Below, piece after piece: positions 31,207 to 39,627 of a stretch of 44,262 nt of DNA. The notes under the pieces are model-generated. The model worked only from the letters and a program-made list of their open reading frames with translations, searched no databases and was not told where the DNA came from. Each line of letters opens with the position of its first letter. Within the stretch, counting starts at the first letter, position 1. A program made the position numbers and the translations under genes. This DNA is from Candidatus Bathyarchaeia archaeon (GTDB taxonomy: Archaea; Thermoproteota; Bathyarchaeia; Bathyarchaeales; Bathycorpusculaceae), in NCBI GenBank assembly GCA_038882975.1, contig JAVZNE010000011.1, forward strand, positions 1 through 44,262, written 5' to 3'.

Positions 31207-31448
31207 GCCGCGCAGTGCTATCCGCCATATTAGCCGAAATCGGCATAACGCTAAACGAAACGGAAAAAGAACTACTTTACCATGAGCTTTTAGCCTATTT
31301 TGGGCTTGTCGGCGCGTTAAACGAGTGCCAAGCCCTAGAAAATGCTTGGCAAGACCCCTACAACAAACATGAAATAGAGGAGTTCATAAAAGCGTGGCTG
31401 AGGCGAAAACAGAGGCGGAGAGAAGAAATAATGACATGGGTGGTCTAG
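31203..31448 (+). CDS. Hypothetical protein
   Basis: ATGA overlap with the upstream gene; 81 aa, predicted helical. Confidence 0.65.
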   Translation: MSRAVLSAILAEIGITLNETEKELLYHELLAYFGLVGALNECQALENAWQDPYNKHEIEEFIKAWLRRKQRRREEIMTWVV

Positions 31449-31454
31449 GGCAGG

Positions 31455-31784
31455 ATGGCTTTTGACATTTCATTTATCGCAAGCATCATCATAATCCTAG
31501 TGCTTGTGCTTTTTCTACTGGTCTTCGCTTTCACAGCGCTATCCTTTCTAAAATGGATGAAAGCCTCCGCCTATTATGAGAGGCCGCCAGCCATAAAAAT
31601 GGAGGAGTACGCTTGCCCAAAATGCGGCTCAAAAGAACTGGAGCTTATTGGAAGACGCACATTAAGGTGTAAGAAATGCGGGACAATATTTACGATACGC
31701 GCTCATGCCGCTGAGGAGTATTGGGTTTTCTGGCCCTTCTTCTGGTTCTTCCCCATAATATGGTGGAAAACAATAAAAGACTAA
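31455..31784 (+). CDS. Membrane-anchored Zn-ribbon protein
   Basis: N-terminal TM, CPKCG-x13-CKKCG, aromatic C-terminal patch YWVFWPFFWFFPIIWW. Confidence 0.7.
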   Translation: MAFDISFIASIIIILVLVLFLLVFAFTALSFLKWMKASAYYERPPAIKMEEYACPKCGSKELELIGRRTLRCKKCGTIFTIRAHAAEEYWVFWPFFWFFPIIWWKTIKD

Positions 31785-31787
31785 GGC

Positions 31788-32297
31788 TCACTCTTTGGCT
31801 GTGAGAATCTCTACAAACTTTTTAAAGGTTTCAGATTTTAAAGTGGCTTTTTTGATGTCTACTTCTTCTTTTGCTAGTCGCTTGTAGACTTCAGGACTTT
31901 TGATGTAATGCCTACCTCTTTTTTGCATTATCTTCTTGAGTTCCTCTTCTGGGTCTGGTATTTCTTCCGGATTGTTTACGGAAAGCCCCGCAAGAATCCA
32001 TGATTCAACGTTCCTTTTGACAATAATGATTTGAGGTTGTAATCTTTGACTTTCCAGTTTTCTAATTTCCATTTTTAATCTGCTTACAAGCGTGGTTGTT
32101 TCTGTATCTCCTCTGTGCAAGTCTTTAAGGATTATGGCTTTTCTGATTTCTTCAGCGAAGGCCATTAGGAGGCGACGTATTTTGTCTGGTTTGTTCCCCC
32201 TCATGGGGTGAACTTTACATTGTGTTTGGAGTTTTTCGGCTACGCCTTCAATGAAGCTTTTATCTGTTATTCCTTCAACAATTATTAGCGTAGTCAA
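31788..32297 (-). CDS. TOPRIM-fold protein (DUF4276-like), partner of the ABC ATPase
   Basis: LIIVEGITD, ILKDLH, NVESWILAG; the TTG start overlaps the ATPase stop codon. Confidence 0.72.
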   Translation of the reverse strand: MTTLIIVEGITDKSFIEGVAEKLQTQCKVHPMRGNKPDKIRRLLMAFAEEIRKAIILKDLHRGDTETTTLVSRLKMEIRKLESQRLQPQIIIVKRNVESWILAGLSVNNPEEIPDPEEELKKIMQKRGRHYIKSPEVYKRLAKEEVDIKKATLKSETFKKFVEILTAKE

Positions 32298-33406
32298 GGT
32301 GTTCCACCGAATATCCCTGAGTACCATGCTTCACCTAAAGTGCCACCTTCCTCCAAAAATCGCTTCACTCGTTCCATCTCTTTGGCGGTTGACAATTTCT
32401 TTACTTTAGTTTCCAAGCCTTCTTTCCATACCACGTAAACCTCTTCTGGTTTAACGTAGTCTAGCAAGTATGGTGAATGTGTTGTTATGAGAACTTGGGA
32501 AGGCGAATCTCTCACTAGATGCATAAAAGTTTCAAGAAGGTATGGGTGAATACAGTTTTCAGGCTCTTCCAAAACCACTAGACTAGAACCGCCATAAAGA
32601 GTTGCAATCATGGCAAGAAGCCTTAAAGTGCCATCAGAAATGTTATGAGGCTTTAAGGGCTCATCTACGCCCTTAATCTTAACCCATATTTCAACATTTG
32701 TCCCCTCTATATGCGGTATCACTTCCTCGATTTCTGGAATCATGCCTTTTAAAGTCTCCTCAATGCGCCCAAAATCCTTACGTCTCTCGGTATACAAATA
32801 AAGCAGATGACGAGCCAGATTTCCACCATGATAGTCTAAAGACGGTTGTTCAGAAACAGAGTTCATTAGTCGAAGCCTATCCGGAGAAAATGAATGAACG
32901 GATATATTCCTCAAACTGGAGGCCAAATGATGAATTTCTCTTTCCGTTCCTAGGGGCAAATTCGTTAATATGCTCTTAAATGTAAGTCCGTAGTAACTCT
33001 CTTTTCCTTCAACAATAGCCTCGTGAATATATCTTTTTATCCCTTTGATAATTGCCTCTCTACCTCCTCCGTAAGATATGATTACCTCATTCCCCTTTAA
33101 TACCTGCTCATTGTAGCGTACATTTGTTAACTGAAGCGTATAACCGTAGTTTGTTCTTTCGATCAGCATTTCCAGAGCTATCCATATATCGATCGTTGGA
33201 CTGAAATTGAAGGATAGATCTTTTAGGCTTTTATAACCATCTAGTGCTGGTACTCCTTCTCTCGCGTGTCTTGCTATTAATTGAAGGGCTCTTGCTATAT
33301 TGCTTTTGCCACTGGCATTTGGTCCTATAAGAACATTTACTTTCCCAAGCTCTATGTCAACATTTTTGAGACTCAGAAAGTTTTGAATGCAAAGTCCTGT
33401 GAACAT
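32294..33406 (-). CDS. ABC-type ATPase (AAA_15/AAA_21, OLD/RecF-like)
   Basis: IQNFLSL, Walker A GPNASGKSN, signature ISDGTLR, Walker B/D-loop VVLEEPENCIHP, H-loop ITTHSPY. Confidence 0.9.
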   Translation of the reverse strand: MFTGLCIQNFLSLKNVDIELGKVNVLIGPNASGKSNIARALQLIARHAREGVPALDGYKSLKDLSFNFSPTIDIWIALEMLIERTNYGYTLQLTNVRYNEQVLKGNEVIISYGGGREAIIKGIKRYIHEAIVEGKESYYGLTFKSILTNLPLGTEREIHHLASSLRNISVHSFSPDRLRLMNSVSEQPSLDYHGGNLARHLLYLYTERRKDFGRIEETLKGMIPEIEEVIPHIEGTNVEIWVKIKGVDEPLKPHNISDGTLRLLAMIATLYGGSSLVVLEEPENCIHPYLLETFMHLVRDSPSQVLITTHSPYLLDYVKPEEVYVVWKEGLETKVKKLSTAKEMERVKRFLEEGGTLGEAWYSGIFGGTP

Positions 33407-33499
33407 TTTAGCACAAACTCCGTGCATTTTAACCTTAAAACGTCTAAATTTAAATAGGTTACTAAATACTACAACAGTACGACTCAATTTTTGTGTTTT

Positions 33500-33540
33500 G
33501 GCCAACGGGTTGGGCCTTGCTTGGGCCAATAGATTGGCCC
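33500..33540. repeat. Tandem palindromes CCAAY-NN-RTTGG upstream of the head operon
   Basis: CCAAC-GG-GTTGG at 33502-33513 and perfect GGGCCAAT-AG-ATTGGCCC at 33523-33540; cores 24 bp apart. Confidence 0.7.
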
Positions 33541-33624
33541 TTGTGTGGTACAATTCGGCTTTTCATTTTCCTCCGCGTATTCTTCTTCTGCTGAAAAGTG
33601 CGTGTTTAGGGGCTGGTGTCTGGG

Positions 33625-34830
33625 GTGCCTTGGGAAGTAACCGCCAACTATATTCGTAGTGGCCACCGAAATTTGGACGATTTTGAGCCTGAAAGTCTCC
33701 GCACAATTGTGCTTTCTGAGGCTGATGGGATTAAGGCCATCATTGGTAAGCCTAAGGGCGGTAAAGGCTCCACTGAGGTTGTTAGTTTTCTTTTTGATGT
33801 TTCTAAGGGATGGACTTTGGAGAAGGCCAAAGAATGGTTTGAGAGGCATTCTAGGCGTAAAGAGCATTTCTTTGCTGTTTTGCCCTTCAAAGTGCTTGAG
33901 AAGGTTGTTGATAAGCCGCTGCGCATCCGTGGCATAGCCCTAACAGCTGGCATGAGCCGAAACTTGAATGTTTACTTGCCTGATGAGCTTGAAGCCTTTG
34001 CCAGTCGGCTTGTTTCCGCGCCTGTTTATGTGGAGCATGTGGCTGCCGCGAATGCTGTTGGCAAGGTGGTGGACGCCCACTGGGATGGGCAGAACCTCTG
34101 GTATGAGGCTGAAATCTACGATGACGAAATCGCCGAAAAAATTCGTAAGGGGCTAATCCGCCACGTGAGCATAGGCGCCGACTACGAGCGTCTGGATTTT
34201 GTTGATGGCAAAATCCCCAAAGGCTTGCACAACGCCGAACTAAGCCTTGTGGCTGTTCCAGGTGTTCCAGAGGCGAACATCCAAATCTTGGAGAGGCTTC
34301 AGGAGCAGTGCTTCAGTCCAATAGCTTCAGGCGAGTACATTCTCGGATTTTACCAGGACGTGGAGGCTTTCATGCCAGAGCATTTCGCCACTGTTTGGCT
34401 TGACCGTGAGAATGGCGTTTTAGCCATCATGGGGCGTCCCAAAGCGCAGCCGGACACCAGCCTTGTTCAGAGCATATTCTTTGCGAAGGAGAAGATGTGG
34501 GATGAGCGGAAAATTAGGGACTGGCTTAGCTTGCATCCAGCCTACATGGCGCCTGTTCCAACGGCTAAAACTTTGAAGGAGAGTGAGGCTGGTGGTGACA
34601 GCGGCGGCGGTAAAGCTGGCTCTGGGGCTGAGGGCTTGTTTGTTAAAAGCGCCAAGCCAATGATTCCCATCGAGGATGTTGCGAGGATGATAAGGAATGT
34701 TTTGCCAAGCCCGATGGTGGAGCGTAGCTGGGGACTTGGTCCCCAAAGAATGTGCCAAGAGCTCCGCGGCGTGCTCCATAAACTAAGCAAGCTTGAAGGA
34801 GCTGTGAAACAGAATGTTTGTGGGCGTTGA
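33625..34830 (+). CDS. Caudoviricetes-type prohead protease flanked by two copies of an accessory domain
   Basis: IRGIAL..G.SRN..VY...EL, PVYVEH (His), AVGKV, HVSIG (Ser), ELSLVAVPG; lies upstream of the decoration and capsid genes. Confidence 0.82.
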   Translation: MPWEVTANYIRSGHRNLDDFEPESLRTIVLSEADGIKAIIGKPKGGKGSTEVVSFLFDVSKGWTLEKAKEWFERHSRRKEHFFAVLPFKVLEKVVDKPLRIRGIALTAGMSRNLNVYLPDELEAFASRLVSAPVYVEHVAAANAVGKVVDAHWDGQNLWYEAEIYDDEIAEKIRKGLIRHVSIGADYERLDFVDGKIPKGLHNAELSLVAVPGVPEANIQILERLQEQCFSPIASGEYILGFYQDVEAFMPEHFATVWLDRENGVLAIMGRPKAQPDTSLVQSIFFAKEKMWDERKIRDWLSLHPAYMAPVPTAKTLKESEAGGDSGGGKAGSGAEGLFVKSAKPMIPIEDVARMIRNVLPSPMVERSWGLGPQRMCQELRGVLHKLSKLEGAVKQNVCGR

Positions 34831-34926
34831 TGGCACTTTCGCGGTTGCCTATGCATGTTTGGGAGTAAGCCAGGATGAACTGGCTGAAACCGTAAAAAGC
34901 CTTTATGTATGGAGGGAGGGTGGCTT

Positions 34927-35358
34927 ATGGCTGACAACACCGGTAAGCCTTGGATGGGTATCGGCGAGACAGACGACCCTAAGGCTGTTATTGAAACCTT
35001 TGAGGCTGCAGCAGCCATAACGAAGGGCGACCCAGTCTATTTAAGTGCTGATGACAAGGTTAGCCCAGCAACTTCAGCGCAGGACTGTGTTGGCGTAGCC
35101 CTAAAGAGTGTGGCGGCAGGCGACCCCTGCCCAGTGCTGGTTCGTGGAAGAGTTAAGGTGAAGGTTGGCGGCGCTGTAACTCGTGGTAAAGCGGTTTACG
35201 GTGCTGATTCCAGTAGGCGCATTTTACAGTTGACAGACCAAGCCGTGAACGAGGGTGGGACGGCAACCTACACCATCTATTACAACCGCAAGCTTGGGTG
35301 GGCTTTGGAGTCTGCCTCTGCGGCTGAAGACCTCATTTTCATTTACGTGGAAAAGTAG
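34927..35358 (+). CDS. DUF2190-like capsid decoration/cement protein
   Basis: FEAAAAITKGDPVYL, VGVALKSVAAGDPCPVLVRG, GGAVTRG, LGWALESA; sits between the protease and capsid genes. Confidence 0.78.
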   Translation: MADNTGKPWMGIGETDDPKAVIETFEAAAAITKGDPVYLSADDKVSPATSAQDCVGVALKSVAAGDPCPVLVRGRVKVKVGGAVTRGKAVYGADSSRRILQLTDQAVNEGGTATYTIYYNRKLGWALESASAAEDLIFIYVEK

Positions 35359-35370
35359 GAGGGGCATGCC

Positions 35371-36324
35371 GTGAAACCGAGGCTTTTTGAGAGTTTGATG
35401 GAGACGGACAGCGAGTTCCGCCAGCTCATGGAGAATCTGAGCCGAAGGGCTTCGACGCATCCTTTTTTGAGGCGTTACTGTGAGGTAGCCCTCAAAGAGA
35501 GGCTTTTCAGCGACACTGTTGGCGCCATTGGGCATATGCATGACACATTGGTTGAGGCTGCCTACCCGGAAATGATTGGAAGAGAAATCGTTATGGTGCG
35601 TCCTACAACAGAAGCCATGGAAAGATTCCCGTTAGATGAGAAGGCTGTGGCTTACCGTTATGCCGAGGGCGCCTACACGAGGCTTAGTGGCAAGAAGGTC
35701 AGCACCGTGGACGTTTACACAAACATTGTGGCTGAGGCTTCTGAAGTTTGGACTAGGGAGTTTTTGGAAGACGCCACGTGGAATGTTATGGAAACCATGA
35801 CTGAGAAGGTTGGGAGAGCCCTAGGCGAGGCTGAAACCAACAAGATTCTATCCATGTATGGGGCTATTGCCAATTCGGATTTGGCTGGCGGCGCCCCAAT
35901 AGACAATAATGGGCAAGCCCTAAACTGGTCTGGCGTTGTCAAGCTTCACAATGCTGTTAGGGGCGAAAACTGGCGTCCAACAGTGCTAGCCCTAAACGAG
36001 GTTCAACTCCACCAACTACTTAACGACGACAAATTCATTCACGCACAGTACCTGCCATCAGAGCACGTGGACCTGGAGCGGGGCGTTGTCGGCAACGTTT
36101 TAGGCATGAAGGTTTTGGCAAGCACCCTAGTGCCCAACGGTGTGGCTTACGCCATAGACACAAGAGTGGCAGCGGTCATGCTTCTCCGCAGAGACATAAC
36201 TGTGGAGGACTGGGAAGACCCTAGGACGGGCGAGTTCGGAGTTAGGGCAACAACCCGCTTTGGCTTAGGCGTACTACGCAGCAAGGCAGTAGCCAAAATG
36301 GTGAACATTAGCACTTCGCTGTAG
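35371..36324 (+). CDS. HK97-fold major capsid protein
   Basis: AEGA E-loop, spine-helix region WTREFLEDATWNVME...GRALGEAE, LALNEVQLHQLL, GNVLGMKVLAS..VPNG.AY, C-terminal RFGLGVLRSKAVAK. Confidence 0.85.
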   Translation: MKPRLFESLMETDSEFRQLMENLSRRASTHPFLRRYCEVALKERLFSDTVGAIGHMHDTLVEAAYPEMIGREIVMVRPTTEAMERFPLDEKAVAYRYAEGAYTRLSGKKVSTVDVYTNIVAEASEVWTREFLEDATWNVMETMTEKVGRALGEAETNKILSMYGAIANSDLAGGAPIDNNGQALNWSGVVKLHNAVRGENWRPTVLALNEVQLHQLLNDDKFIHAQYLPSEHVDLERGVVGNVLGMKVLASTLVPNGVAYAIDTRVAAVMLLRRDITVEDWEDPRTGEFGVRATTRFGLGVLRSKAVAKMVNISTSL

Positions 36325-36376
36325 CCAAACGCCATGAAAAGGCTGACTTGAAAAAAAGGGTGGCGGGTGCCTTTTG

Positions 36377-36634
36377 ATGGAAACCCTCGAAGCGAAATGT
36401 CCAAGATGCGGCATAACCCACCAGTTGCGAAGCAAGCAAGACACTGTAATCTGCGACTGTTGGCGCATCTGCCCAATTTGCGGGGAGGAGATGACGCCCT
36501 ACACGCCTGACACTGCGCCGAAAACCTATGGGTTGGATGGCTTGAGGGAAATGCAAATCCTAATGGTTTGCACCCGCCACCACCCCAATTTTTATGGCAC
36601 GCAAAAGCCTGTGGAGGTTAGGGCTGATGCGTAA
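36377..36634 (+). CDS. Cys-rich zinc-finger protein
   Basis: CPRC, CDC, CPIC, CxxH. Confidence 0.7.
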   Translation: METLEAKCPRCGITHQLRSKQDTVICDCWRICPICGEEMTPYTPDTAPKTYGLDGLREMQILMVCTRHHPNFYGTQKPVEVRADA

Positions 36635-36866
36635 GCTCGGCGACAGGCTGCACTTGGCGAAGATTGTGCTTTCAGAACTTAAAAAACGCCCGCTGGGCAG
36701 AACAGAGCTGGAGAAGAGGACAATCCGCCAGTTTGGAACCCACAGCGCCTTCGAGGGAATATTCCGCTACCTTGTTCAGGGCGGTTATGTGACGAAAAGC
36801 GAGAGCCGCCACAGAGCACCCTACACGATAACCGAGAAGGGACTGAAGCTTCTGGAGGGCTTATAG
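36627..36866 (+). CDS. Winged-helix DNA-binding protein
   Basis: IVLSELKKRPLGRTEL...FRYLVQGGYV...YTITEKGLKLL. Confidence 0.78.
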   Translation: MRKLGDRLHLAKIVLSELKKRPLGRTELEKRTIRQFGTHSAFEGIFRYLVQGGYVTKSESRHRAPYTITEKGLKLLEGL

Positions 36867-36870
36867 GCTT

Positions 36871-38094
36871 ATGGGCAGTGTTTTAAGGCGGCTTATTGAA
36901 GCCTTCACCTTGAAAAGGCGGAGCGGCTACGCATACGCAGAACCCCAAACAGTCTACGAGACTCCGAGCATTCCATTGGCTGATGTTATTAGGCTTTATG
37001 AGCGGGACCCGGCTTGTAAGGCGAGCGTAGACCTTTTGGCGGCTTCAGCCGTTGGGATGGGCTTCTACACAACAGTGAACGAAAGGTATGCGAAGGCTGG
37101 GGAAGCCAAACGCGTCATAGACCAGTTTAATGAAGAGGCTAATTTGGACATGCTTTTATGCGACATGGCAAGAGTGCTAATCGCTTGCGGAAACGATTTC
37201 TGGCTTAAAATAACCCCTGAAAAGCTTATCAGCCTTCATCGGCTGCCAGTGGACGCCGTAGAAAAAATAGAGTACAGCCTAATCCGTGAGGCGGGACTTA
37301 AAATCCCATACAAGGTTGAGGGCTACAAGCTTCGTTTGGCTTATGGTGGCGAAACCCTAAATCCGGAGGCGGTTATCCACTGGCGGATAAACTGTTTGGG
37401 CTCTTCTGGTTTTGGAACAGGCGTCTTGCAGGTTTTGCTGCATACGCTTGCCTTCTTTTCGGATCGGCGACCAGCCTATGCTTGGATGAAAGCCAAAATT
37501 GAGCGCATAATGCCAAAAATCTTTGAGAAGTATGCCGGACCAGACGTTTTGGCTCTTCTGGAGAGGGCTGACGCTGGCACCATCCAAAAGTTTGAGAAAG
37601 CCATAAAAAGCCGCCCGGAAGAGGGCGTATGGCTATTCTACAGCGGAAAGGGCGACATAAAACCGCTTACGATAGATCCCCGCGCAAGATTCGAATATTA
37701 CGTAGACTACCTCGTGAACCAGTTCTATCTTGGGTGTGAAACGCCGCTGCCAAGGCTTTTCAGCACTCCGGGCTTCACAGAAGCCAGTGCAAAAGCCGCC
37801 TTGGAACTGCAGGACATGCTCATAAAACCCATTCAACGCTATATTAAGCGGCAAGTGGAACACGCCATTTTCAAGCTTGTTCTTGTTCAGGCTGGGCTGG
37901 ACCCTGTTGAGGCTGGTGTTCGCCTAAACTGGGGTTCTCCAAAAACGCCTCAGATAAGCGTTTCAGACATGTTGAAAGCCGCTGAGTTGGGGCTTATCCG
38001 CCTAGAAGAGTTCCGCAAAAACGCCTTAAAGTGGGGTTGGGAGTTGTGGGAGCGCTCCGAAACCACTCCAGAAAGGCGGGAGGCAGAAGCCTAA
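36871..38094 (+). CDS. Phage portal protein
   Basis: 407 aa; LYERDP..KASVD, GMGFY, LIACGNDF, EAVIHWR....FGTGVL, TPLPRL, EASA, IKPIQRYIKRQVE, EEFRK; located in the head-gene cluster. Confidence 0.8.
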   Translation: MGSVLRRLIEAFTLKRRSGYAYAEPQTVYETPSIPLADVIRLYERDPACKASVDLLAASAVGMGFYTTVNERYAKAGEAKRVIDQFNEEANLDMLLCDMARVLIACGNDFWLKITPEKLISLHRLPVDAVEKIEYSLIREAGLKIPYKVEGYKLRLAYGGETLNPEAVIHWRINCLGSSGFGTGVLQVLLHTLAFFSDRRPAYAWMKAKIERIMPKIFEKYAGPDVLALLERADAGTIQKFEKAIKSRPEEGVWLFYSGKGDIKPLTIDPRARFEYYVDYLVNQFYLGCETPLPRLFSTPGFTEASAKAALELQDMLIKPIQRYIKRQVEHAIFKLVLVQAGLDPVEAGVRLNWGSPKTPQISVSDMLKAAELGLIRLEEFRKNALKWGWELWERSETTPERREAEA

Positions 38095-38211
38095 TGCTGT
38101 TTTTCCACGTGTTTTCTCCTTTCTCCCCTCGAAAAAGGGTGCACGCCTTCCCTCTTTCTGGGTGGCGGAACAGCCTTGGAAAAGGGCATTAAGCGTTAGG
38201 GAGGTGACTGG

Positions 38212-38451
38212 ATGAACCTTCTACATATCGGTTTGGGTGTTGGCGCCGCTTTAGCCTACGCCTTTCTAGGGTTTGCAGCCCAAGAAAAGCCCTTCAACTG
38301 GCGAAAGTTCCTCAGAACAGTGGCTATTGCCGCCTTCTCAGCGCTTGGCTTGGACTTGGCTGGAATGACCTTTGACGTTTACACAGCCCTTGTTGGACCA
38401 ACAGCCATAACGGTTTGGCTTCAAAAGCTTGTGGACACTGCTAAACACTGA
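38212..38451 (+). CDS. Small multi-TM protein, holin-like
   Basis: 79 aa with 2-3 hydrophobic segments and a FNWRKFLRT loop; strong GGAGGTGA RBS. Confidence 0.55.
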   Translation: MNLLHIGLGVGAALAYAFLGFAAQEKPFNWRKFLRTVAIAAFSALGLDLAGMTFDVYTALVGPTAITVWLQKLVDTAKH

Positions 38452-38477
38452 AAACAGGCGAGGGAGTGCGACATAAA

Positions 38478-38711
38478 ATGAGCCAGGAAGTGCCCTATTG
38501 GCGTTATGAAGAGGCTTTTAAGGCTGTTCACAGTGCCCTAAGCGGACTTATGGCTCCTCCAAGCGGTAAGAGGGTTACAAAGCTGACGTTTACATGGAAT
38601 GCCGACGGCACTATTAGTACTATTAAGGCGTTTATGGGCGAGGAGTTGCTTTTCACCCTCACCTTTTCTTGGAACGCGGATGGCACTTTGCGGGAGGTGG
38701 CTCGAACATAG
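38478..38711 (+). CDS. Virion-associated hypothetical protein with a duplicated TF(T/S)WNADGT motif
   Basis: LTFTWNADGTI and LTFSWNADGTL beta-hairpin repeats. Confidence 0.6.
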   Translation: MSQEVPYWRYEEAFKAVHSALSGLMAPPSGKRVTKLTFTWNADGTISTIKAFMGEELLFTLTFSWNADGTLREVART

Positions 38712-38764
38712 GCTGGTTTAACCAGTCTATGCGGGAAACCAATAGAATGGAGGATTGATATAGG

Positions 38765-39250
38765 ATGGAGAAAAGTGTTGGAGCGTTAGTGCGATACCGT
38801 GTGATTAAGCGAAGGCTCAGCGAGCAAAAGCCCTACGCCATAGACGAAACAGAGCACAACTGCTTCCTCATCGAGGGCATGAATGAAATGTGGAATTTGA
38901 TTTTGGGTTTGACGGCGACGCCTTTCAACAGTTCAAACGCGTATATAGGCGTTGGCGACGGCACAACCGCCGAAAGCGAAGCTCAGACGGGATTGCAGGG
39001 CACAAACAAGTATTATAAGGGCATGGCAAGCGGCTATCCACAAGGCCCTTCACAGGCTGGCGATAAAAAAGCAATTTTCAGAGCAGTCTTTGCCAGTGGC
39101 GAGGCGGAATTCGCTTGGAACGAGGTCACTGTGGCTAATGGCAACAGCGACTCCGCCGTAAACATGCTACGCATAGTGGCTTCAAAAGGCACAAAGAGTA
39201 GCGGTGAAGAGTGGACGGCTGAAGTGGAAGTACAGTTCCAGAACCCATAA
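38765..39250 (+). CDS. Putative tail/fibre-attachment structural protein
   Basis: YIGVGDGTTAE...T.L, F..GEAEFAWNE, KGTK.SGEEW pattern, recalled from phage tail-fibre N-terminal-type domains. Confidence 0.55.
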   Translation: MEKSVGALVRYRVIKRRLSEQKPYAIDETEHNCFLIEGMNEMWNLILGLTATPFNSSNAYIGVGDGTTAESEAQTGLQGTNKYYKGMASGYPQGPSQAGDKKAIFRAVFASGEAEFAWNEVTVANGNSDSAVNMLRIVASKGTKSSGEEWTAEVEVQFQNP

Positions 39251-39267
39251 ACTGAAGGGGGCTAAAA

Positions 39268-39627
39268 ATGTCAGAGATTTCAAGGGACGTGATTCTCGAC
39301 AAGTTTAAGGCCGTCAAGAAAGACAAGGATGTCATTTTGTTTAGGCAGTTAGAAAGTGGCTGTTACGTTGGCATAACGGCTGAAGACTTTGCTAAAATGC
39401 TTGACTGGATTTTGAAGGGTAAGGTTGTCGAGGAAACTGTGAAAGGCTATGCGGAAGACGGCGCGCCCATCATAGAGCGGAAAGAAAGAGACCTGACATT
39501 GGAAGAAATAAAGCAGCGATTTAAGGACAGCGGCTATGTTGAAATTCTTGAAGATATGCTTGCTAAAGGCGTGGTTAAGCTGAAGGATTTGCTTGAATTG
39601 TTTGGGGGTAAATTGCCATGGCGGTAG
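39268..39627 (+). CDS. Hypothetical protein
   Basis: 119-aa charged ORF tightly packed in the operon. Confidence 0.65.
   Translation: MSEISRDVILDKFKAVKKDKDVILFRQLESGCYVGITAEDFAKMLDWILKGKVVEETVKGYAEDGAPIIERKERDLTLEEIKQRFKDSGYVEILEDMLAKGVVKLKDLLELFGGKLPWR

Noticed and set aside
35371-36324. Encapsulin nanocompartment interpretation of the HK97-fold gene
   Set aside because: A portal, prohead protease, decoration protein and adaptor accompany it, and no typical encapsulin cargo enzyme is adjacent.
36325-36376. Hairpin and A7 run after the capsid gene as a terminator
   Set aside because: The stem is weak and the T-run is on the non-coding strand, so it cannot be supported as the capsid terminator.
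38712-38728. Palindrome CTGGTT-T-AACCAG between structural genes
   Set aside because: A single short instance that does not match the CCAAY-NN-RTTGG motif; no function can be supported.
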